A stretch of DNA of 64,000 bases from Eledone cirrhosa (taxonomy: Eukaryota). The stretch lies in NCBI GenBank assembly GCA_964016885.1, contig OZ024742.1, forward strand, positions 321,656,001-321,720,000, written 5' to 3'. Of this stretch, positions 46,900 through 58,916 are shown one piece after another. Positions within the stretch are counted from its first letter, which is position 1. The number at the start of each line of letters is the position of its first letter. Below the pieces are notes generated by a model that worked only from the letters and a program-made list of their open reading frames with translations, was not told where the DNA came from and ran no database searches. The position numbers and the translations under genes were made by a program.

Positions 46900-47935
46900 G
46901 ATGTTAAGTTAGAGGAGTTACCTCTCAGGTGTCTCATATTGGTGCCATTATCCTGAACTTATCCTATTCGTTGGCAACATGTTATCTGCGTGGTCCTTTG
47001 TGTATTCAAAAGAGTTACAGTATGTGGGGGTGTTTTATTTTAAGATAAGCTGTTTTATTACAGAAAGGGGTGGACTATTATCTTACAGGTGAGTAATAAA
47101 TGTCAGGAGTAATTAGTGACATCGTATGATGTTGTTTTGATATAGGTTTTGACGTTTATTTCTAGTGTGTGAGGAGTTAGTGATTTTGAATTGTGTAGCT
47201 GGATGCATTGGTGTCCCTATAAGAATATTACATTCTTTCTACAGCTTAAAGTATTGTTATTAGTACATTAGTGTTGTGATTTACATTGTATTCTGGATAA
47301 ATAGAATCAATGTTGTTGTTGAAACTAACCCCACCAAGGACTTCGTTATAATAACTCCCATAGTCATTGAAGATAACTTTATTGCTGAGTACCTAGAGAT
47401 TCTTAATGAATCTTTACAATTCAGTTGATTACAGAGTGTGAGTAGTTAGGCTCTTTATTAATATATGTTAAGTTCTTGTTTATTTTATGGTGCGGTTTGA
47501 AGAATCCACCGTACAGTTCAAGGGTTACATATAGGAAGTTATACCCGAGAGATATTTTCAAGCCCATGCTTGTAATGAAGGACCGACCTTATTGTCTTTC
47601 TTCTAAGTTCTAGTTGATGTTGTGAACCATTAACAGGGCGTCGTCTCTACATAAAATTCCCACCGGCAGGTCCTGGAATTCCTCTTATAATTTGTACATT
47701 AGATACATGCCACTATGAGATGAGTCGATAGAGCCCATAGTGATGTCAATTATTTACCCTATCTTGACGTATGCAGTACCTTTCTCCGAGCTCGGTTATT
47801 CATATTCTTGCTGCTAATACTATTTTAGTTAGGTCTGACTTTGTTGAGAAGGGTAAGGGATATTGCAGGATAATAGTCATCAATGTCAAACTATATGAAT
47901 TGCGATATGGTTTTGGTTTTTTTAACTTCTGGGAA
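46900..47935 (-). pseudogene. Decayed Penelope-like reverse transcriptase
   Basis: Minus-strand fragments FI*FDIDDYYPAIS, DITMGSIDS, GI.CRDD (GLYRDD-like), MGLKIS..NFLYVTL and YINK. Confidence 0.7.
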
Positions 47936-48020
47936 CCAGTCATATATATATATGTATGTGTGTGTGTGTGTGTAAAAGGTAAACAGAAATAACAACACAA
48001 TCGGTACAGTATATATATAT

Positions 48021-48021
<1 letters not shown>

Positions 48022-48053
<32 letters not shown>

Positions 48054-48230
48054 GTTTAGCGTCTATCTTCCACTCTAGCTTGGGTTAGACGGGAGTTGTC
48101 CCAATTTGAGGCAAGGTTGGTCGGGTCACCGTGTCTCGCTCGTATAGGACTATCTGGCAGGTTTTCTACGGCTGGATACCCTTCCTAACACCAACCACAT
48201 TTACAGTGTGGACTGGGATCTTTTTACCAT
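48022..48230 (-). mobile_element. SINE-like element with (GAT)n tail
   Basis: Minus strand: GTGGTTGGTGTTAGGAAGGGTATCCAGCCGTAGAAAA...GGAAGATAGACGCTAAACGATGATGAT. The same tail occurs at 3341-3390 (+). Confidence 0.6.
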
Positions 48231-48389
48231 GTTACCTATACAGCCACATTATATATATATATATATAGTTATACTTTGGCAGTGTCATGCTGCCAATAAA
48301 AACACTCGCACCTGTTGAGTTTCACTTCAATTTATTATTATAATTTCTCTGTCGGTTAGTTTAATAACCGGATAGTTATTTAGCTGTTG

Positions 48390-48438
48390 GTTGTCAAAGC
48401 TCTTTCGTCACACATTCTGTGACTTCCTCAATGACTAC
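48390..48438 (-). ncRNA. Degenerate minimal hammerhead at a probable PLE 3' end
   Basis: GUAGUCA-UUGAGGA-A-GUCACA/UGUGAC-GAAAGAGCUU-UGACAAC (C3U core change). Confidence 0.5.
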
Positions 48439-49046
48439 TTTTGTTACTCTACATCTGCTCTTTGTTCTGTTCTACACCATCCGTCCCTTGCATTGTGGAT
48501 GGAGAAAATAAAGTAGCTATCATTTACTAAGAAAAAGATTGATATAATCGATTGATTGTAAACCCTTGAAGGTGTATGTGGCCACTTTCCAAAGAGAGAA
48601 AACAGCAAAAGCTTAATAGATTCATAGAATTATACAATAGCGGAATAAAGGTATATAAGAATAAATAAGTAAAAGTATAAACGAATTTGAATTGGTGAGG
48701 GTAATCGATGAATCGATGAGACTGAAAGATGAAAGACACCTTAAGTGAAACTATTTTTAGAGATGTATGGTGTCGTAGTTGAAATAAAGCCCAGAGACAA
48801 TGAGAAACAGTAAACAATAACAACAAGAATAACAACAACATCAACAACAATAAACAACATGAATATTAATAAACAACAACAAAAACAAAAACAACAGCAA
48901 CAGAAACATTAACAGCAAAAACAACAGCAACAATATTGACAACAACTGCATCAACAACAACAACAACAACAACTTGAACATCAACACCACGACCCACAAC
49001 ATCAACAACATTAAGAGCAACAAAATCATCATCACCACCATCACCT

Positions 49047-49080
<34 letters not shown>

Positions 49081-49599
49081 CGGTAGCAACAGCAGTAACA
49101 ACAACAACGTGAACAACACAATTATCACCACCACCTCCAACAACAACTACTACAACAACAGCAACAATAGCAACATCAACAACATCATTATCTCCACTAC
49201 TACTACTAACAACATCACAAATAATATCTTTATCAAATTATATTATTATTATTTACGTTCTGAGTTCAAATCCTGCTGAGGTTAACTTTGCCTTTCATCC
49301 TTACGGGGTCGATAAAATAAAGTACCAGTAATGTACTGGGTAATTGCTAGCCTTGTGCCAAGAGTGGAAACAATTATTATCATTACTGGCGACTGACTTG
49401 TGAAGACGTATAGTTGTGAGCTCCTGAAGATTGGGTTATTCTAGGTGGTTTGAATTGTGATTTGTGGAAAATATTTTGCTGTTAACTGTGAATAGGGTGC
49501 CATGCATTGCCCCCAGAAAAAGCTCTCCATAATATTGGGGCCTTTGTTTTTGGCGCTCACAAGCGCTTACAAAATGAAGTTGACTTGCCCATCCACGCC

Positions 49600-51279
49600 C
49601 AACCAGCAATCACGTGACAACGACTCGCATTTGAGTCTAAACATCGAAAATAGAAGCACCGCCGCGATCACCACCACCAACGTCACCACTGTCACCATCA
49701 CCACAACAAACAGGAGGGTCGCCGTCTCCAGGAACTGCAACAATAGTAACAGCAGCACCAGCAGCAACGGTAGCGACAACAATGGAAGCAACAGTAGCAA
49801 CAACTTCAACAACAACAATAGCAACAGCAACAACAACAACAACGACGACGACAACAACAACAACAAGAAGAGCAAAGACAATAAAAACAACAGCAGAAGC
49901 ATCAACAATGGCAAATACGACAATAACAAAAGCAACAATAATGAAAATGACTACAGGAACAACGACAACAATAACAGCAACAAGAACAACAACAAAGCCA
50001 CTAAACTAATAGTCCCGGACATTAAAAAAAATGACGATCTCTTAACATAAGCCGGCCAATTAATTAAGCGGCAAATTACAAAAACCGAAATAGTCGTCCA
50101 TCCCAAGGTGTTGGCGGCAGAAGAAAAGAAAAACTTCATTTACAGAACTGTTGCGAAAAAATCGAGATGGGCAGAATTAACACCTCAAAGTAGATACAAA
50201 AGACCACTGAAACGCATTATGTCCGATATAGAGCATATTGCCAGAGCCAAGCAATACGCGACCATTTTAGTTCTCTTCAAAACCGAAGCGCTGGCCATCG
50301 AGCATTCTGTGTTCCCTCTCCGGACAGACCAATACATATTATACCCTTTGTACCAAGGAAGAAGAACCGTAAGGGTCAGGAGAGCAGGATTAGACATCTG
50401 GTTAGTACTAGGCTGTGTAATACGAGACGGTAGGACACAATATTAGAAGTCCCGGAGAGAACATTAGTCGGGGATATGTCTGGAAATTCTGTAACACATT
50501 AAATCAGAAAAGATGGAGAACATCCCTGACCTCATAGGATGGCGTGGTGCTAAACGTGATAATTAAGGGCAACCCGTTGTCATTTCTGCAGAGAAACGGG
50601 ATACTTATGAGCTTTTTGCTCTCAACAGAAGAAGAGGTAACACAGAACCCCTTTGCTGTCAATACCAGGGTCTCAACAGGCACAACAACAGCGAACATCA
50701 ACAACTGCGGCGCCAATCCCACTAGCAGCAGCAACATAACCAACACCACCTCCACCAACAACAACAACAAACTCCAGTCACCCCCCACCCCCTCCACGGG
50801 GTCCGTCAAAAAGTTCTCCTTCTCCCCCTCTCTTTCTCCCTCCTCCGTCTCCTCTAAAGAAGCACAAATAGACACCCACACAAACACTCCCACTTACATT
50901 CGAAGCTGATTCCACAGACACCGGGTCCTCCTCATCTCCACGTGAAGATGAGGGGAAACCCCAAAACCAAACCGAAGACGAAAATAACACAAACATATCT
51001 GGCTTCACACACACAACAGAAAACGCAGACACCACACACAACAACTCAAACACCACCAACACTACCACCAGCAACACATCCACACAAACACAAACACACA
51101 CTACTACAACAACCAGCTACACAGACACCAAACCTCGTGGTAGTAAGAAGAGCCAACGAAGAACTAATTGCCTTTATAGCACAAAGCAAAGATTTAGACA
51201 GAGATGGGGAGATCTTTGCCACCAACACTCCTTTAATGTGAGCCCTGTCTGGCTAATAAAGAAAGCATTATTATTATTA
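49600..51279 (+). mobile_element. ORF1-only (HAL1-like) non-autonomous L1/Tx1 relative, decayed
   Basis: YRTVAKKSR...KQYATILVLF...LRTDQYILYPLYQGRRTVRV aligns with ORF1 of the LINE at 62.4-63.9 kb. It ends GCCCTGTCTGGCTAATAAAGAAAG(CATT)(ATT)n with no ORF2. Start uncertain. Confidence 0.7.
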
Positions 51280-52164
51280 CAATGAATTTAGTTTTTATTA
51301 TAAACACAGAGAGAACATTTATAAAGACGGTCTTGAGTTACCGTTAGTTGTTACTATTGTTGTAGTTGTTACTTTTGTTCTGTCTGGGGTCAAACCCTTA
51401 TAGAACTGACCTATAAAATAAGACATTCTAACAATGGCCATAATGTTCTAATACTTTTCGTTGTTGTTCTTTAGCACCAGATCAACCATGATCCAACAGA
51501 CCTATAAAATGAAAATAGGCAATCCGGCCGTGACCATACTATGTTGATGTAGATGGTGATTAAATATGGTCGATGTCAATTTTGCTTTTCATTCTTTCGG
51601 GGTTGCTGAAATAACGAACCAGTCCATGGTGTCTGCTGGAATTGTAAGAGCGTAAGGTGAAATGCTTTGCGGTTTCCGTTCTGAGCTCAAACCCACTGAT
51701 ACTTAATATAATATATTCCGGGGTGCTCTAATTCTAGAAAATATAAAGATGGGTTGGTCTCGGCTGGAGCGTCTTTAATCATGCGGTTGTTAATTCAATC
51801 TAATCTAATCTGGCCGAGTTTACACTCGCAAATAAGAAAAACCAGGGCCGCCCCTAAGAGTATTGGATTTGGTGTACTTCATATTTGTTTCGGTCGCTGA
51901 ATCCAATCAGGAGTCGCTGCTTCTCCTGAAGGTCAATAGTTCTCTTCTAACTCGAGTGGGAGCATATTTCCATTGTTAATTTGCATTGATCATCTGCAAG
52001 GCCGCATTGTTCTCTGAACCACTACACCAGTCTTTCGATGCGTGCAGCTGGAACTACTGCCACCCATGATTTGGCAGGATTTTTTTTTCTTTTTAGATGG
52101 TAGTTGACTCTTATGAGTTTTTCCGCCCTTTGTCAGGTTTTGTTTTTTGTCCTGCAGTGTGTGC

Positions 52165-52290
52165 AAAATCACCCTCCTCACCAAGTAAACTTGGTGAGGT
52201 TGCCGGTTTAGTCGCCGACGACCTGACCATGCGACAGGTTGTACTAGGTTACATGCTACCAGTAGCACTCGAGAGTGACCTGACAATTCA
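52165..52290 (-). mobile_element. RTE 5' UTR fragment
   Basis: Reverse complement of ~33718-33840. Confidence 0.75.
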
Positions 52291-52743
52291 AGACAACAAC
52301 AATACAATATAATGTGCACATCCTTACTACTTGTGACTAAATAGTTTAGAAATTTGCTTCGTATTTATATGGTCCCTAATTCGATCCCACTATCATCTAC
52401 CGTCTCTTCGACCGAAACCTTGTTTATAAAACTGGGTAGGTAGAAACCCGTCGAGTGGATTGCGTATATACTACAAAGGTACAGCTTTCTTATATATCAT
52501 GTCATGCTGAATCTCCCTGAGATTTAAGTTAAATGTATACGTGACTGTAGAATGCTCAGCCACTTATACTATTATTTAAAAAATCGACTGTACCTGTAAT
52601 TCAAAGGGACAGCTTTGTCATAAACTGAATTCACATGAGAATAACGTTAAGACTACACGTGTCTGTGCAATATTGAGCCACTTGCACGTGAATTTTCTCG
52701 AACAAGTAGTTGCGTTGATTGGAACAACTGAGAAAAAATATAA

Positions 52744-52774
<31 letters not shown>

Positions 52775-53190
52775 TATATATATGTATGTGTAAATATACA
52801 CATATGAACGCCCACATACACAAACACCGACACAGATAGATAAACGCTCATACAAGCACATACAGTGACATACATACTTACACGCACAGACACACAAACA
52901 CTGATAAATGCCCATACACACACATACACTCACACACACACACACACACTAACACAAACACACATTCAAATACACATAGAGATGCATACGGTGGCATACA
53001 GATATACAGATACATGCACACAGTCTAATGCATACAGCCATGCACACACAGACCTAAAAACACAACAAACACATACACGCACACACTCACACACATATAC
53101 ACACATATATGCACGTATATGTACATATATATATACGTACACACATACACAAATACAGTTATAATTAATTGTATTTGTGTATGTATGTAC

Positions 53191-53232
<42 letters not shown>

Positions 53233-54039
53233 GTACACACATACGTGCATATATGTGTGTATATATGTGTGTATATGTGTGTGGGTGGGTGTAGTGCTAG
53301 AATTCTTACTAGTGTCATTCGGTACATGTTTATTGATTGGTTGCTCCAGTAATTTGGTCAAAATGACCTCTTACCACCCAAACACCACCCATACCCACAA
53401 AAATAAGTACTTATACGATGTAAGATAGAGGTACACGCACACACACACACACACGTAAGAAGAGAAATCCCCGCACGCACACATACACACACACACACGT
53501 AAGAAGAGAAATCCCCGCACGCACACATACACACACACGTAAGAAGAGAAATCCCCGTACGCACACACACACACACACACGCGCATACACACGTATACAC
53601 AAAGAGACATACCCACACATGCATACACAAACAGACATACACACACTCACACAAACACTCATATGGAAAGCAAGCCCGGCAGCACACATACGTACACACA
53701 CCCACACATATGCCCACACACACACGCGCGCACACGCACGCATACACAAACAGAGATACACAAAGTCATACTAACATGCACATACACACGTAAGAAAAGA
53801 AACCCGCACGCACACACACGCACACCACGCACACATGCGCAAACGAACGCACAAACGAACGCACACATACACATAGACTTACACACACACATACACACAT
53901 GTACACTAACAGTCGCAAGAAAAGAAAGCCTTGCACGCACATACGTGCCCGCGCACACCCGTACACTCAACAGCAGCAACAACTGCAGCAGCAAGAGTAA
54001 CAACGGTGTATGGTCAACTGAAACAACAACAAAAGAACA

Positions 54040-54245
54040 ACAACAGCAGTACCCTCACCACCACCATCACCATTAGCACCAGCAACACCAACAACAACAA
54101 CAACAGCAGTACCCTCACCACCACCATCACCATTAGCACCAGCAACACCAACAACAACAACAACAGCAGTACCCTCACCACCACCATCACCATTAGCACC
54201 AGCAACAACAACAACAACAGCAGCAGTACCCTCACCACCACCATC
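54040..54245. repeat. 60-bp minisatellite x ~3.4
   Basis: CAACAGCAGTACCCTCACCACCACCATCACCATTAGCACCAGCAACACCAACAACAACAA repeated. Confidence 0.9.
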
Positions 54246-54500
54246 ATCTGGACTTAGTTTATTTCGTGTTACAAATGTTTCGCCGGCATGTACCTCGAGA
54301 CATGGTCCTTGTATGGATCTGGCTGATTCTACTTCTGCGGGTTCTTTCAGACACGGGTGTTTCGTCCGGAGCAAATTTTATCAGACACCCGTGTCTGAAA
54401 GAACCCGCAGAAGTAGAATCAGCCAGATCCATACAAGGACCATGTCTCGAGCTACATGCCGGCGAAACATTTGTAACACGAAATAAACTAAGTCCAGATG
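54245..54500. ncRNA. Palindrome carrying two divergent hammerheads (54265-54355 minus; 54390-54480 plus)
   Basis: 116-bp arms, 24-bp spacer; CGUGU-CUGAAAGA...GAAAC-AUUU-GUA-ACACG, then AATAAA. Confidence 0.75.
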
Positions 54501-54522
54501 CATCACTGATTTTTCGTTTTCT

Positions 54523-54588
<66 letters not shown>

Positions 54589-54594
<6 letters not shown>

Positions 54595-54897
54595 TAACAG
54601 ATTAAAGTTTAAGCAAAGAATCGGTGCTTTCACTCTTAACGGGATCTTCTGAAACTAAAAAGATCAATCTGTGAACGCAGAAGTAAATATTTCGAAAAAC
54701 GTTGCAACCGAAGGAAAACAGGAAGACGATACTTTGATTTTTTTTAGTTTCAGAAGATCCCGTTAAAGGTGAAAGCAGCGATTCTTTGCTTAAACTTTAA
54801 TAAATATTTGCTCTAGGGTTCTTATGTATTTGATATATATTTATCCTTATCGAGCTCTCTTTGGATTTTAGTCTTCACATTTATTATTATTACTATA
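54589..54897. mobile_element. Fold-back element family C with two CAGAAGA-core hammerhead-like folds
   Basis: ~60-bp inverted arms (54601-54661 and 54741-54801). Fragments also at 14811-14921, 37834-37880 and 38588-38665. Confidence 0.65.
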
Positions 54898-54913
54898 TAA
54901 ATATATATATATA

Positions 54914-54970
<57 letters not shown>

Positions 54971-55138
54971 ATGTGTCTATATAATATACCAATGCTCCAA
55001 TGGATGCTTGTCTACGTAATCCCAGATCTTAGATAGGTACAACTGAAGCGGAGAGCTTAAGCCTGATTACACCCTAACTCGGTGACTGTGGCGTGGCGAT
55101 AAAACCAGCACTGACAACCAACTAACATTGAAATTAAG

Positions 55139-55174
<36 letters not shown>

Positions 55175-55218
55175 CGATATATTAACAAATGGAAACTATA
55201 TTTATAAAACCATATTTA

Positions 55219-55279
55219 TTTCATTATACATATTTCAAGGACACCAAGTCAAATTATGGTGTGCTTTCATCAGATAAAA
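55219..55279 (-). ncRNA. Type I hammerhead, family B
   Basis: UUUUAU-CUGAUGA-AAGC-ACACCA/UGGUGU-CCUU-GAAAUAUGUAUA-AUGAAA. Confidence 0.7.
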
Positions 55280-55655
55280 TATAATATAGATCAGTTTTAT
55301 AAATAAATATTGACATACCCTTAAAGAATGCGACCATTTCTGTTGGAAGCTCCCGGATAGTGGGGTTATAAATTTATTTATACTATTATGCAAATTAGTG
55401 TCGGATATTTTTAGATCACAGTAGATTTAAAATAAGCCGTTGGGGTATGGAGAAAGGGAAAGAAAAGAAAGAGAAAAAAAAGAGAAGAAAAAAAAAGAAA
55501 AATATATATATATATATATATAGGGATATTCAATTTGTCGGTAATTCAACAAATATAAATGTTTATAACTGATTCAGAGCATTCGACAAGTTTTCTGGAG
55601 TATAATATACAATCATATTAAATAAATGGAAACTATATTTATAAAACCATATTTA

Positions 55656-55712
55656 TTCTATTATATATATTTCAAGGGTACCAAAATTTTGGTACGCTAT
55701 CATCAGATAAAA
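55656..55712 (-). ncRNA. Type I hammerhead, family B
   Basis: UUUUAU-CUGAUGA-UAGC-GUACCA/UGGUAC-CCUU-GAAAUAUAUAUA-AUAGAA. Confidence 0.7.
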
Positions 55713-56311
55713 TACGAAGTGTGTTTAATAAATTTTGACATAATCAAGGAGAATATACCTTAACGGTTCAAGTTTTCCTTGGATAGTGAAGGGATAAGAG
55801 AAGAAAAATTATTAAGATGAATATGCAAATGAGGTTTAGGTAAAAGGGCTGAAAAAAACGTTATTTTAGACGCTATGGAAAATTTAAATAATTATGATAA
55901 GTGATTGTATGCGTATGAAAGAAGAGAAAGGAAGAAGAGCTAGCATTTACGTTTTATTTAAATTATTTAAACATACATATTTAAACATATACATATTTAA
56001 ATTATTTAAACATATACATATATATATACATATATGCATGATGGTTGCCGAACACTGTACGGCTAATAAATCGGGCTGTTTGTTTACAAACAAACCGAGC
56101 ATTATAATAAATGTTCGGTAAACCCATATACATACTACTGTACGTCTGTATACATATATGTATGTACGTATACATACTTATATTTAAGTATCAGCCGTAC
56201 TAAGAGTGAGAAATGAAATTTCATTTTTTCCATTTATCGATATGCAAATTAGGCTGCCCAGCCGTTAATATGCATAAGGAAAGTATATACTTTCAAATGT
56301 TCAATCGACTG

Positions 56312-56367
<56 letters not shown>

Positions 56368-56424
56368 ATACCATGAATAACAAATCTACAATCAAACCTC
56401 ATAAATTTATGGGAACAAATTCAA

Positions 56425-57341
56425 TCTATATATATAAAACTGTGGTTGTCTGTCTGTCTATCGATTTTTGGCACACATCTCCTCTTAGAATCTCTCACAG
56501 AATTGCACCGAAATTGCTATACTTGTACATTGAGCCCTAGCGAAGACATCGGAAAAAAAAATTTCAAATTGACCCACCCTATGTGACGAAATCGAATATA
56601 ATGTATCGATTTTTGAGCGTAAGTTATCAGTTATTTCCCTTTGTTCTGTTTACATTGAGCGTCTTACGTAAAAAATTACGCTGGCTTTCTCAGCGTTTTG
56701 TCGAGCCAGCAAAATATTGACCTGCAAAATTCATCAGTTCGAACACTAAGCTTCCGTTTTGCTTCATTTCCATTTAAAAGCATTTTAAAACAATATTTTT
56801 ACTTGAAAACAAGTCTATTTAAAGACTACGTAAAACAAGCAAATATTTCGTCGCTAGGCGTGCAGACAGACAGTCGTGCAGACAGACAGTCGTGCAGAGA
56901 GGTGATATACGCGTGCAGACAGATAGTCGTGCAGAGAGGTGATATAGGCGTGCAGACAGACAGTCGTGCAGAGAGGTGATATAGGCGTGCAGACAGACAG
57001 TCGTGCAGAGAGGTGATATAGGCGTGCAGACAGACATAACTGATAATTTGGTTACGCTAATGTTTTTCTCTGCGTTGCAGTGTTTACATTTTCGATCTTT
57101 GTTAATAAATAACCAGTGCAGTTTCTATCCCCAGCATCCTCTTTTGTTATAACATTCGGGTTATCGTTATGTTTTCTTAACTTCATAAGGCATATTGTTG
57201 GTTGAGGGAATATTAATCAAAAACACCACATGCAAGTCTGCACAGTAGACACTACAGTTTTTAAGCCAAGAAAGAAACTTAACATTGTAACTTTAACACA
57301 GCTACTGAGCGACCCCGAGCAACGCCGGGCTTTACTGCTAG
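56425..57341 (+). mobile_element. Non-autonomous Helitron with internal 37-bp minisatellite
   Basis: A|TCTATATATATAAAA 5' end; 3' hairpin CCCGAGCAACGCCGGG ending 8 nt before CTAG|T; tandem unit AGGCGTGCAGACAGACAGTCGTGCAGAGAGGTGATAT at ~56856-57035. Confidence 0.8.
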
Positions 57342-57899
57342 TTGTTATATAAAAGAAAACTGCAAAAGATACCTGGATGACGGTGGGATTTAAACTCAGA
57401 GAGCAGAGAGCCGCAAAGCATTCTATGCGAAGTTCTAATAACACTGCCAATTCGCTGCCTCTGCATTATATATAAGGGTTTTTTAAAACTCTATCTGATC
57501 TTATAGTTATCGCCATGCTTGATTTTATTTATTTATTATTTATTTATTTATTATTTATTCATTTATTTATTTGAATTTTAAACAAATCTAGAGAGAGAGA
57601 TTTGTGATGCTAATTGCAATTAATAAAAGTTTTCGAACACGCTCTATTTTATACATGAAACCGAGACCAGCTCTGACTTGATTAGCCCCAAACAGACTTT
57701 GACTTTTTAAAAACTACTATATGGCAATATGACTAAAACTTTCACTTCACAATTACAAGATTTCGTTTTTGATTCCACTGCGTTTCATCGTGGTGAAGTG
57801 TGTTTCACTATTACCTCAAGTCGACCCAAACGATTTGAATGAAACCGGGTAGACGGAAACCGTGCTGAAGGACGGTTTACGTCTGATTCAAAAGTCTGG

Positions 57900-58362
57900 T
57901 TTCTTTAATACACTCTCTCAAGCTAATTCACTGTTTTGTCATACACTTTGAGACACTGTTAATCTGTTTTGTCATGTACTGTCACGCTGATTCTCTGATC
58001 TGTAATAAACTATCACGCTAATTCCCAGTTTTATCATACACTTTGACACGCTGATTCTCTGATTTATCATACTCTGTCACACTGATTCTCTGATCTGTAA
58101 TACACTGTCAAGTTAATTCTCTGTTTTGTCATACACTCTGACACACTGATTCTCTGATTTATCATACTCTGTCACACTGATTCTCTGATCTGTAATACAC
58201 TGTCATGCTAATTCTCTGTTTTGTCATACACTTTGACACACTAATTATCTGTTTTGTCGTACACACTGACACGCTGATTCTCTGATTTGTCATACACTGT
58301 CACGCTGGTTTTCAGTTTTATCATACACTCTGTAACGCTAATTATCTGTTTTGTAATACACC
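57900..58362. repeat. Diverged ~27-31-bp minisatellite
   Basis: Recurring CACTGATTCTCTG(A/T)T...TCATACAC units. Confidence 0.75.
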
Positions 58363-58609
58363 CTACCATACAGACTATGTGGGTGTAGTTCAGTTGATCG
58401 AACAAGTGAATAGTCATCGTTGAAATTGACTGTGTTTTAATATTTCTATTATTGTGTAATGTAACGATATTGAAAGTAATAATATATCAACCAGAAGGAA
58501 GAAAACCACACCCCAAAGTTTTATCCAAATAAATTGCAAAAATGTTCATCTGGTATGGCCGAGCCCCACCCTCAGCTTCACTCAAGCCTAAGGCAAGAAA
58601 GCGTGGCTG

Positions 58610-58657
<48 letters not shown>

Positions 58658-58916
58658 TTTCTTTATTAACCACAAGGGTTTACATAAAGTAGACATTAAG
58701 GACAGTGCAGGACAATGCAGGACGGTACAAATGGGCATTTCTGCGTGTAAAAAACAAAAACAGAGGATGTAACAAAAATAACAATGAAAATAACAATGAA
58801 AAATTCCCCAATAGGGGGGAGACTTCGGAGGGACATTTGTGGTGAAAGCCCAGTAAAAAGCCACAATGACCCTGACCACCAAGGCAAGTGCCCTCTCCCA
58901 GTTTTCCACCTTTAAT

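Noticed and set aside
55385-56252. Three ATGCAAAT octamer motifs
   Set aside because: They lie in AT-rich repeat-derived sequence with no associated gene or snRNA; chance or repeat origin is likely.
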